Part shown: piece after piece, positions 25,001 to 38,183 of the stretch | How positions within the stretch are numbered: position 1 is the first letter of the stretch | Layout: every line of letters starts with the position of its first letter | Assembly (NCBI GenBank): GCA_032718475.1 | Contig: JAUCBJ010007689.1 | Span: forward strand, 1-64,000 | Length of the DNA: 64,000 nt | Reading direction: 5' to 3' | Source of the DNA: Nemertoderma westbladi | Lineage: Eukaryota; Animalia; Xenacoelomorpha | Made by a program: the position numbers and the translations under genes | The notes under the pieces: model-generated | Databases searched by the model: none | Seen by the model: only the letters and a program-made list of their open reading frames with translations | Told to the model about the DNA's origin: nothing

Positions 25001-28000
25001 CAGTAGATGCGTCTGATGTACTGGCTGGACTACTGGCTCAGCATTACCAGGTAGATGCGTTGGATGTACTGGCTGGACTACTGGCTCAGCATTACCAGGT
25101 AGATGCGTTGGATGTACTGGCTGGACTACTGGCTCAGCATTACCAGGTAGATGCGTCGGATGTACAGGCTGGTCTACTGGTTCGGTATTATAATATACCG
25201 GCTGGTCTACTGGTTCGGCATTACCAGTAGATGCGTCGGATGTACTGGCTGGACTACTGGCTCAGCATTACCAGGTAGATGCATCTGATGTACTGGCTGG
25301 ACTACTGGTTCGGTATTACCAGGTAGATGCATCTGATGTACCGGCTGGTCTACTGGTTCGGCATTACCAGTATCTGCGTCGGATGTACCGGATGGTCTAC
25401 TGGCTCAGCATTACTAGCAGATGCGTCGGTTGTACCGTCTGGTCTACTGGTTTGGTATTATAATGTACCGGCTGGTCTACTGGCTCAGCATTACTAGTAG
25501 ATGCGTCGGATGTACCGGCTGGTCTACTGGTTCGGTATTATAATATACCAGCTGGTCTACTGGTTCGGCATTACCAGTAGATGCGTCGGATGTACTGGCT
25601 GGACTACTGGCTCAGCATTACCAGGTAGATGCATCTGATGTACCGGCTGGACTACTGGTTCGGTATTACCAGGTAGATGCATCTGATATACTGGCTGGTC
25701 TACTGGTTCGGCATTACCAGTATCTGCGTCGGATGTACCGGATGGTCTACTGGCTCAGCATTACTAGTAGATGCGTCGGATGTACCGTCTGGTCTACTGG
25801 TTTGGTATTATAATGTACCGGCTGGTCTACTGGCTCAGCATTACTAGTAGATGCGTCGGATGAACTGGCTGGTCTACTGGCTCGGCATTACCAGTAGATG
25901 CGTCGGATGTACTGGCTGGACTACTGGCTCAGCATTACCAGGTAGATGCGTCGGATGTACCAGCTGGTCTACTGGTTCGGTATTATAATGTACCGGCTGG
26001 TCTACTGGCTCAGCATTACTAGTAGATGCGTCGGATGTACTGGCTGGTCTACTGGTTCGGTATTACCAGGTAGATACATCGAATGTACTGGCTGGTCTAC
26101 TGGCTCAGCATTACTAGTAGATGCGTCGGATGTACTGGCTGGTCTACTGGTTCGGTATTATAATGTACCGGCTGGTCTACTGGCTCAGCATTACTAGTAG
26201 ATGCGTCGGATGTACCGGCTGGTCTACTGGTTCGGTATTATAATATACCAGCTGGTCTACTGGTTCGGCATTACCAGTAGATGCGTCGGATGTACTGGCT
26301 GGACTACTGGCTCAGCATTACCAGGTAGATGCATCTGATGTACCGGCTGGACTACTGGTTCGGTATTACCAGGTAGATGCATCTGATATACTGGCTGGTC
26401 TACTGGTTCGGCATTACCAGTATCTGCGTCGGATGTACCGGATGGTCTACTGGCTCAGCATTACTAGTAGATGCGTCGGATGTACCGTCTGGTCTACTGG
26501 TTTGGTATTATAATGTACCGGCTGGTCTACTGGCTCAGCATTACTAGTAGATGCGTCGGATGAACTGGCTGGTCTACTGGCTCGGCATTACCAGTAGATG
26601 CGTCGGATGTACTGGCTGGACTACTGGCTCAGCATTACCAGGTAGATGCGTCGGATGTACCAGCTGGTCTACTGGTTCGGTATTATAATGTACCGGCTGG
26701 TCTACTGGCTCAGCATTACTAGTAGATGCGTCGGATGTACTGGCTGGTCTACTGGTTCGGTATTACCAGGTAGATACATCGAATGTACTGGCTGGTCTAC
26801 TGGCTCAGCATTACTAGTAGATGCGTCGGATGTACTGGCTGGTCTACTGGTTCGGTATTATAATGTACCGGCTGGTCTACTGGTTGGACATTACCAGTAG
26901 ATGCGTTGGATGTACTGGCTGGACTACTGGTTCGGTATTACCAGGTAGATGCATCTGATGTACCGGCTGGTCTACTGGCTCAGCATTACCAGTAGATGCG
27001 TCTGATGTACTGGCTGTACTACTGGTTCGGTATTACCAGGTAGATACATCGGATGTACCGGCTGGTCTACTGGCTCAGCATTACTAGTAGATGCCTCGGA
27101 TGTACCGTCTGGTCTACTGGTTTGGTATTACCAGGTAGATACATCGGATGTACCGGCTGGTCTACTGGCTCAGCATTACTAGTAGATGCTTTGGATGTAC
27201 TGGCTGGTCTACTGGCTCGGCATTTCCAGTAGATGCATCGGATGTACTGGCTGGTCTACTGGCTCAGCATTTCCAGTAGATGCATCGGATGAACCGGCTG
27301 GTCTACTGGTTCGGTATTATAATGTACCGGCTGGTCTACTGGTTGGACATTACCAGTAGATGCGTTGGATGTACTGGCTGGACTACTGGTTCGGTATTAC
27401 CAGGTAGATGCATCTGATGTACCGGCTGGTCTACTGGCTCAGCATTACCAGTAGATGCGTCTGATGTACTGGCTGGACTACTGGTTCGGTATTACCAGGT
27501 AGATACATCGGATGTACCGGCTGGTCTACTGGCTCGGCATTTCCAGTAGATGCGTCGGATGTACTGGCTGGACTACTGGCTCAGCATTACCAGTAGATGC
27601 GTCTGATGTACTGGCTGGACTACTGGTTCGGTATTACCAGGTAGATACATCGGATGTACCGGCTGGTCTACTGGCTCGGCATTTCCAGTAGATGCGTCGG
27701 ATGTACCAGCTGGTCTACTGGTTCGGTATTATAATGTACCGGCTGGTCTACTGGTTCTGCATTACCAGGTAGATACGTCGGATGTACCGGCTGGACTACT
27801 GGCTCGGCATTAACAGTAGATGCATCCAATGTACCGACTGGTCTACTGGTTCGGAATTATAATGTACCAGCTGGTCTACTGGTTCGGCATTACCAGGTAG
27901 ATACGTCGGATGTACCGGCTGGTCTACTGGTTTGGCATTACCATTATCTGCGTCGGATGTACCGGCTGGTCTACTGGTTCGGCATTACCAGGTAGATATG

Positions 28001-31000
28001 TCGGATGTACCGGCTGGACTACTGGCTCGACATTACCAGTAGATGCATCCAATGTACCGGCTGGTCTACTGGTTCGGTATTATAATGTACCGGCTGGACT
28101 ACTGGTTCAGCATTACCAGTTGATGCGTCGGATGTACCGGCTGGTCTACTGGTTCGGTATTATAATGTACTGGCTGGTCTACTGGTTGGACATTACCAGT
28201 AGATGCGTTGGATGTACTGGCTGGTCTACTGGTTCGGCATTACAGTATAATGTACCGGCTGGTCTACTGGCTCAGCATTGCCAGTAGATGCGTCGGATGT
28301 ACCGGCTGGACTACTGGCTCGGCATTACCAGTAGATGCATCCAATGTACCGGCTGGTCTACTGGTTCGGTATTATAATGTACTGGCTGGTCTACTGGTTC
28401 AGCATTACCAGTAGATGCGTCGGATGTACTGGCTGGACTACTGGCTCAGCATTACCAGGTAGATGCGTCGGATGTACCGGCTGGTCTACTGGTTCGGTAT
28501 TATAATGTACTGGCTGGACTACTGGTTCGGTATTACCAGGTAGATGCATCTGATGTACCGGCTGGTCTACTGGCTCAGCATTACCAGTAGATGCATCCAA
28601 TGTACTGGCTGGTCTACTGGTTCAGTATTATAATGTACCGGCTGGTCTACTGGTTGGACATTACCAGTAGATGCGTCGGATGTACCGGCTGGTCTACTGG
28701 CTCAGCATTACCAGGTAGATGCGTCGGATGTACCGGCTGGTCTACTGGTTCGGTATTATAATGTACCGGCTGGTCTACTGGCTCACCATTACTAGTAGAT
28801 GCGTCGGATGTACCGGCTGGTCTACTGGTTCGGTATTACCAGGTAAATACATCAGATGTACCGGCTGGTCTACTGGCTCAGCATTACCAGTAGATGCGTC
28901 GGATGTACCGGCTGGTCTACTGGTTCGGTATTATAATATACCGGCTAGACTACTGGTTCGGTATTACCAGGTAGATGCATCTGATGTACCCGCTGGTCTA
29001 CTGGCTCAGCATTACCAGTAGATGCATCCAATGTACCGGCTGGTCTACTGGTTCGGTATTATAATGTACCGGCTGGTCTACTGGTTGGCCATTACCAGTA
29101 GATGTGTCGGATGTACTGGCTGGACTACTGGCTCAGCATTACTAGTAGATGCGTCGGATGTACCGGCTGGTCTACTGGTTCGGTATTACCAGGTAGATAC
29201 ATCGGATGTACCGGCTGGTCTACTGGCTCAGCATTACTAGTAGATGCGTCGGATGTACCGGCTGGTCTACTGGTTTGGTATTACCAGGTAGATACATCAG
29301 ATGTACCAGCTGGTCTACTGGCTCAGCATTACTAGTAGATGCGTCGGATGTACCGGCTGGTCTACTATCTCGGCATTACCAGTAGATGCGTCGCATGTAC
29401 TTGCTGGACTACTGGCTCAGCATTACAAGTAGATGCATCCGATGTACCGGCTGGTCTACTGGTTCGTTATTATAATGTACCGGCTGGTCTACTGATTGGA
29501 CATTACCAGTAGATGCGTTGGATGTACTGGCTGGACTACTGGTTCGGTATTACCAGGTAGATGCATCTGATGTACCGGCTGGTCTACTGGCTCAGCATTA
29601 CCAGTAGATGCGTTTGATGTACTGGCTGGACTACTGGTTCGGTATTACCAGGTAGATACATCGGATGTACCGGCTGGTCTACTGGTTGGCCATTACCAGT
29701 AGATGTGTCGGATGTACTGGCTGGACTACTGGCTCAGCATTACTAGTAGATGCGTCGGATGTACCGGCTGGTCTACTGGTTCGGTATTACCAGGTAGATA
29801 CATCGGATGTACCGGCTGGTCTACTGGCTCAGCATTACTAGTAGATGCGTCGGATGTACCGGCTGGTCTACTGGTTTGGTATTACCAGGTAGATACATCA
29901 GATGTACCAGCTGGTCTACTGGCTCAGCATTACTAGTAGATGCGTCGGATGTACCGGCTGGTCTACTATCTCGGCATTACCAGTAGATGCGTCGCATGTA
30001 CTTGCTGGACTACTGGCTCAGCATTACAAGTAGATGCATCCGATGTACCGGCTGGTCTACTGGTTCGTTATTATAATGTACCGGCTGGTCTACTGATTGG
30101 ACATTACCAGTAGATGCGTTGGATGTACTGGCTGGACTACTGGCTCAGCATTACCAGGTAGATGCATCTGATGTACCGGCTGGTCTACTGGCTCAGCATT
30201 ACCAGTAGATGCGTTTGATGTACTGGCTGGACTACTGGTTCGGTATTACCAGGTAGATACATCGGATGTACCGGCTGGTCTACTGGCTCAGCATTACTAG
30301 TAGATGCTTCGGATGTACTGGCTGGTCTACTGGCTCGGCATTTCCAGTAGATGCATCGGATGTAATGGCTGGTCTACTGGCTCGGCATGTCCAGTAGATG
30401 CATCGGATGAACCGGCTGGTCTACTGGCTCAGCATTACTAGTAGATGCTTCGGATGTACTGGCTGGTCTACTGGCTCGGCATTTCCAGTAGATGCATCGG
30501 ATGTACTGGCTGGTCTACTAGCTCGGCATTTCCAGTAGATGCATCTGATGTACCGGCTGGTCTACTGGCTCAGCATTACCAGTAGATGCGTCTGATGTAC
30601 TGGCTGGACTACTGGTTCGGTATTACCAGGTAGATCATCAGATGTACCGGCTGGTCTACTGGCTCGGCATTTCCAGTAGATGCGTTGGATGTATCGGCTG
30701 GACTACTGGCTCAGTATTACCAGTAGATGCATCCAATGTACCTGCTGGTCTACTGGTTCGGTATTATAATGTACCAGCTGGTCTACTGGTTCGGCATTAC
30801 CAGTATCTGCGTCGGATGTACCAGCTGGTCTACTGGTTCGGAATTAGAAGTAGATGCCTCGGATGTACCGGCTGGTCTACTGGTTCGGTATTACAGTATA
30901 ATGTACCGGCTCGTCTACTGGCTCGGCATTACCAGTAGATGCGTCGGATGTACTGGCTGGACTACTGGCTCGGCAGTACCAGTAGATGCATCCAATGTAC

Positions 31001-34000
31001 CGGCTGGTCTACTGGTTCGGTATTATAATGTACTGGCTGGTCTACTGGTTCGGCATTACCAGTAGATGCGTCAGATGTACTGGCTGGACTACTGGCTCAG
31101 CATTACCAGGTAGATGCTTCGGATGTACCGGCTGGTCTACTGGTTCGGTATTATAATGTACTGGCTGGACTACTGGTTCGGTATTACCAGGTAGATGCAT
31201 CTGATGTACCGGCTGGTCTACTGGCTCAGCATTACCAGTAGATGCTTCGGATGTACCGGCTGGTCTACTGGTTCAGTATTATAATGTACCGGCTGGTCTA
31301 CTGGTTGGACATTACCAGTAGATGCGTCGGATGTACTGGCTGGACTACTGGCTCAGCATTACCAGGTAGATGCGTCGGATGTACCGGCTGGTCTACTGGT
31401 TCGGTATTATAATGTACCGGCTGGTCTACTGGCTCACCATTACTAGTAGATGCGTCGGATGTACCGGCTGGTCTACTGGTTCGGTATTACCAGGTAAATA
31501 CATCGGATGTACCAGCTGGTCTACTGGCTCAGCATTACTAGTAGATGCGTCGGATGTACCGGCTGGTCTACTGGTTCGGTATTACCAGGTAGATACATCG
31601 GATGTACCGGCTGGACTACTGGCTCAGCATTACTAGTAGATGCGTCGGATGTACCGGCTGGTCTACTGGTTTGGTATTACCAGGTAGATACATCGGATGT
31701 ACCGGCTTGTCTACTGGCTCAGCATTACTATTAGATGCGTCGGATGTACCGGCTGGTCTACTAGCTCGGCATTACCAGTATCTGCGTCGGATGTACCGGC
31801 TGGACTACTGGTTCGGTATTATAATGTACCGGCTGGACTACTGGCTCAGCATTACCAGTAGATGCATCCGATGTACTGGCTGGTCTACTAGTTCGGTATT
31901 ATAATGTACTGGCTGGTCTACTGGCTCAGCATTACCAGTAGATGCATCCGATGTACTGGCTGGTCTACTGGTTCGGTATTATAATGTACCGGCTGGACTA
32001 CTGGCTCAGCATTACCAGTAGATGCATCCGATGTACTGGGTGGTCTACTGGTTCGGTATTATAATGTACCGGCTGGTCTACTGGCTCAGCATTACCAGTA
32101 GATGCGTCGGATATACCGGCTGGACTACTGGCTCAGCATTACCAGTAGATGCATCCGATGTACTGGGTGGTCTACTGGTTCGGTATTATAATGTACCGGC
32201 TGGTCTACTGGTTCGGCATTACCAGGTAGATACGTCGGATGTACCGGCTGGTCTACTGGTTCGGCATTACAAGTATCTGCGTCGGATGTACCAGCTGATC
32301 TACTGGTTCGGAATTAGAAGTAGATGCCTCGGATGTACTGGCTGGTCTACTGGTTCGGTATTACAGTATAATGTACCGGCTGGTCTACTGGCTCGGCATT
32401 ACCAGTAGATGCGTCGGATGTACTGGCTGGACTACTGGCTCGGCAGTACCAGTAGATGCATCCAATGTACCGGCTGGTCTACTGGTTCGGTATTATAATG
32501 TACTGGCTGGTCTACTGGTTCGGCATTACCAGTAGATGCGTCGGATGTACTGTCTGGACTACTGGCTGAGCATTACCAGGTAGATGCTTCGGATGTACCG
32601 GCTGGTCTACTGGTTCGGTATTATAATGTACTGGCTGGACTACTGGCTCAGCATTACCAGTAGATGCATCCAATGTACCGGCTGGTCTACTGGTTCGGTA
32701 TTACCAGGTAGATGCATCTGATGTACCGGCTGGTCTACTGGCTCAGCATTACCAGTAGATGCATCCAATGTACCGGCTGGTCTATTGGTTCAATATTATA
32801 ATGTACCGGCTGGTCTACTGGTTGGACATTACCAGTAGATGCGTCGGATGTACTGGCTGGACTACTGGCTCAGCATTACCAGGTAGATGCGTCGGATGTA
32901 CCGGCTGGTCTACTGGTTCGGTATTATAATGTACTGGCTGGTCTACTGGCTCACCATTACTAGTAGATGCGTCGGATGTACGGGCTGGTCTACTGGTTCG
33001 GTATTACCAGGTAAATACATCGGATGTACTGGCTGGTCTACTGGCTCAGCATTACCAGTAGATGCGTCGGATGTACCGGCTGGTCTACTGGTTCGGTATT
33101 ATAATGTACCGGCTGGACTACTGGCTCAGCATTACTAGTAGATGTGTCGGATGTACCGGCTGGTCTACTGGTTTGGTATTACCAGGTAGATACATCGGAT
33201 GTACCGGCTTGTCTACTGGCTCAGCATTACTAGTAGATGCGTCGGATGTACCGGCTGGTCTACTAGCTCGGCATTACCAGTATCTGCGTCGGATGTACCG
33301 GCTGGACTACTGGCTCAGCATTACCAGTAGATGCATCCGATGTACTGGCTGGTCTACTGGTTCGGTATTATAATGTACCGGCTGGTCTACTAGCTCAGCA
33401 TTACTAGTAGATGCGTCGGATGTACCGGCTGGTCTACTAGCTCGGCATTACCAGTATCTGCGTCGGATGTACCGGCTGGAGTACTGGTTCGGTATTATAA
33501 TGTACCGGCTGGACTACTGGCTCAGCATTGCCAGTAGATGCGTCGGATGTACCGGTTGGACTACTGGCTCAGCATTACCAGTAGATGCATCCGATGTACT
33601 GGCTGGTCTACTGGTTCGGTATTATAATGTACCGGCTGGTCTACTGGCTCAGCATTACTAGTAGATGCGTCGGATGTACCGGCTGGTCTACTAGCTCGGC
33701 ATTACCAGTATCTGCGTCGGATGTACCGGCTGGACTACTGGTTCGGTATTATAATGTACCGGCTGGACTACTGGCTCAGCATTACCAATAGATGCATCGG
33801 ATGTACTGGCTGGACTACTGGTTCGGTATTACCAGTAGATACATCGGATGTACCGGCTGGTCTACTGGCTCGGTATTACCAGTAGATGCATCGGATGTAC
33901 TGGCTGGACTACTGGTTCGGTATTACCAGTAGATGCGTCGGATGTACCGGATGGTCTACTGGTTCGGTATTATAATGTACCGGCTGGTCTACTGGCTCAG

Positions 34001-37000
34001 CATTACCAATAGATGCGTTGGATGTACCGGCTGGTCTACTGGCTCGGTATTCCCAGTAGATGCGTCGGATGTTCTGGCTGGACTACTGGTTCAGTATTAC
34101 CAGTAGATACATCGGATGTACCGGCTGGTCTACTGGCTCGGTATTACCAGTAGATGCATCGGATGTACTGGCTGGACTACTGGTTCGGTATTACCAGTAG
34201 ATGCGTCGGATGTACCGGATGGTCTACTGGTTCGGTATTATAATGTACCGGCTGGTCTACTGGCTCAGCATTACCAATAGATTCGTTGGATGTACCGGCT
34301 GGTCTACTGGCTCGGTATTACCAGTAGATGCGTCGGATGTTCTGGCTGGACTACTGGTTCAGTATTACCAGTAGATGCGTCGGATGTACCGGATGGTCTA
34401 CTGGTTCGGTATTACCAGTAGATGCGTCGGATGTACCGGATGGTCTACTGGTTCGGTATTACCAGGTAGATGCGTCGGATTTACCAGATGGTCTACTGGT
34501 TCGGTATTACCAGTAGATGCGTCGGATGTACCGGATGGTCTACTAGCTCGGCATTACCAGTATCTGCGTCGGATGTACTGGCTGGTCTACTGGTTCGGTA
34601 TTACCAGGTAGATACATCGGATGTACCAGCTGATCTACTGGTTCGGTATTACCAGTAGATGCGTCGGATGTACTGGCTGGTCTACTGGTTCGGTATTACC
34701 AGGTAGATACATCGGATGTACCGGATGGTCTACTGGTTCGGTATTACCACTAGATGCGTCGGATGTACTGGCTGGACTACTGGTTCGGTATTACCAGTAG
34801 ATGCGTCGGATGTACCGGATGGTCTACTGGTTCGGTATTACCAGGTAGATGCGTCGGATGTACCGGATGGTCTACTGGTTCGGTATTACCAGTAGATGCG
34901 TCGGATGTACCGGATGGTCTACTAGCTCGGCATTACCAGTATCTGCGTCGGATGTACCGGCTGGACTACTGGCTCAGCATTACCAGTAGATGCATCCGAT
35001 GTACTGGCTGGTCTACTGGTTCGGTATTATAATGTACCGGCTGGACTACTGGCTCAGCATTACCAGTAGATGCATCCGATGTACTGGCTGGTCTACTGGT
35101 TCGGTATTATAATGTACCGGCTGGACTACTGGCTCAGTATTACCAGTAGATGCATCCAATGTACCGGCTGGTCTACTGGCTCAGCATTACCAGTAGATGC
35201 ATCCAATGTACCGGCTGGTCTACTGGTTCGGTATTACCAGTAGATGCATCCAATGTACCGGCTGGTCTACTGGCTCAGCATTACCAGTAGATGCATCCAA
35301 TGTACTGGCTGGTCTACTGGTTCGGTATTATAATGTACCGGCTGGACTACTGGCTCAGTATTACCAGTAGATGCATCCAATGTACCGGCTGGTCTACTGG
35401 CTCAGCATTACCAGTAGATGCATCGGATGTACCGGCTGGTCTACTGGTTCGGTATTACCAGTAGATGCGTTGGATGTATACTGGCTGGACTACTGGCTCG
35501 GCAGTACCAGTAGATGCATCCAATGTACTGGCTGGTCTACTGGTTCGGCATTATAATGTACCGGCTGGACTACTGGCTCAGTATTACCAGTAGATGCATC
35601 CAATGTACCGGCTGGTCTACTGGCTCAGCATTACCAGTAGATGCATCCAATGTACCGGCTGGTCTACTGGCTCAGCATTACCAGTAGATGCATCGGATGT
35701 ACCGGCTGGTCTACTGGTTCGGTATTACCAGGTAGATGCGTCGGATGTACCGGCTGGTCTACTGGCTCGGCAGTACCAGTAGATGCATCCAATGTACCGG
35801 CTGGTCTACTGGTTCGGTATTATAATGTACCGGCTGGTCTACTGGCTCAGCATTACCAGTAGATGTGTCGGATGTACCGGCTGGTCTACTGGTTCGGTAT
35901 TACCAGTAGATGCATCCAATGTACCGGCTGGTCTACTGGTTCGGTATTACCAGGTAGATGCGTTGGATGTATACTGGCTGGACTACTGGCTCGGCAGTAC
36001 CAGTAGATGCATCCAATGTACCGGCTGGTCTACTGGTTCGGTATTATAATGTACCGGCTGGACTACTGGCTCAGTATTACCAGTAGATGCATCCAATGTA
36101 CCGGCTGGTCTACTGGCTCAGCATTACCAGTAGATGCATCCAATGTACCGGCTGGTCTACTGGTTCGGTATTACCAGTAGATGCATCGGATGTACCGGCT
36201 GGTCTACTGGTTCGGTATTACCAGTAGATGCGTTGGATGTACTGGCTGGACTACTGGCTCAGCATTGCCAGTAGATGCATCCAATGTACCGGCTGGTCTA
36301 CTGGTTCGGTATTATAATGTACCGGCTGGTCTACTGGTTGGACATTACCAGTAGATGCGTTGGATGTACCGGCTGGTCTACTGGCTCAGCATTGCCAGTA
36401 GATGCATCCAATGTACCGGCTGGTCTACTGGTTCGGTATTATAATGTACCGGCTGGTCTACTGGTTGGACATTACCAGTAGATGCGTTGGATGTACTGGC
36501 TGGACTACTGGCTCAGCATTACCAGGTAGATGCGTCGGATGTACTGGCTGGTCTACTGGTTCGGTATTATAATGTACCGGCTGGTCTACTGGCTCAGCAT
36601 TACCAGGTAGATGCGTCGGATGTACCGGCTGGTCTACTGGCTCAGCATTACTAGTAGATGCTTCGGATGTACCGGCTGGTCTACTGGCTCAGCATTACCA
36701 GGTAGATGCGTCGGATGTACCGGCTGGTCTACTGGCTCAGCATCACCACTAGATGCGTTGGATGTACCGGCTGGTCTACTGGTTCGGTATTATAATGTAC
36801 CGGCTGGTCTACTGGCTCAGCATTACCAGGTAGATGCGTCGGATGTACCGGCTGGTCTACTGGCTCAGCATTACTAGTAGATGCTTCGGATGTACCGGCT
36901 GGTCTACTGGCTCAGCATTACTAGTAGATGCGTCGGATGTACCGGCTGGTCTACTGGCTCAGCATTACTAGTAGATGCTTCGGATGTACCGGCTGGTCTA

Positions 37001-38183
37001 CTGGCTCAGCATTACCAGGTAGATGCGTTGGATGTACCGGCTGGTCTACTGGTTCGGTATTATAATGTACCGGCTGGTCTACTGGCTCAGCATTACCAGG
37101 TAGATGCGTCGGATGTACCGGCTGGTCTACTGGCTCAGCATTACTAGTAGATGCTTCGGATGTACCGGCTGGTCTACTGGCTCAGCATTACCAGGTAGAT
37201 GCGTCGGATGTACCGGCTGGTCTACTGGCTCAGCATTACCAGGTAGATGCGTCGGATGTACTGGCTGGTCTACTGGTTCGGTATTATAATGTACCGGCTG
37301 GTCTACTGGCTCAGCATTACCAGGTAGATGCGTCGGATGTACCGGCTGGTCTACTGGCTCAGCATTACTAGTAGATGCTTCGGATGTACCGGCTGGTCTA
37401 CTGGCTCAGCATTACCAGGTAGATGCGTCGGATGTACCGGCTGGTCTACTGGCTCAGCATCACCACTAGATGCGTTGGATGTACCGGCTGGTCTACTGGT
37501 TCGGTATTATAATGTACCGGCTGGTCTACTGGCTCAGCATTACCAGGTAGATGCGTCGGATGTACCGGCTGGTCTACTGGCTCAGCATTACTAGTAGATG
37601 CTTCGGATGTACCGGCTGGACTACTGGCTCAGCATTACCAGGTAGATGCGTCGGATGTACTGGCTGGTCTACTGGTTCGGTATTATAATGTACCGGCTGG
37701 TCTACTGGCTCAGCATTACCAGGTAGATGCGTCGGATGTACCGGCTGGTCTACTGGCTCAGCATTACTAGTAGATGCTTCGGATGTACCGGCTGGTCTAC
37801 TGGCTCAGCATTACCAGGTAGATGCGTCGGATGTACCGGCTGGTCTACTGGCTCAGCATTACCAGGTAGATGCGTCGGATGTACTGGCTGGTCTACTGGC
37901 TCAGCATTACTAGTAGATGCTTCGGATGTACCGGCTGGTCTACTGGCTCAGCATTACCAGGTAGATGCTTCGGATGTACCGGCTGGTCTACTGGCTCAGC
38001 ATTACCAGGTAGATGCTTCGGATGTACCGGCTGGTCTACTGGCTCAGCATTACCAGGTAGATGCGTCGGATGTACCGGCTGGTCTACTGGCTCAGCATTA
38101 CCAGGTAGATGCGTCGGATGTACCGGCTGGTCTACTGGCTCAGCATCACCACTAGATGCGTTGGATGTACCGGCTGGTCTACT
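22048..38183. repeat. Hairpin satellite, main block (~16 kb; 33/38/47/48-bp units with higher-order duplications)
   Basis: Continuous array of the same unit family. Identical or near-identical ORF translations at 29102/29703, 25946/26646 and 36611/37328 show block duplications of 601, 700 and 717 bp. Confidence 0.98.
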
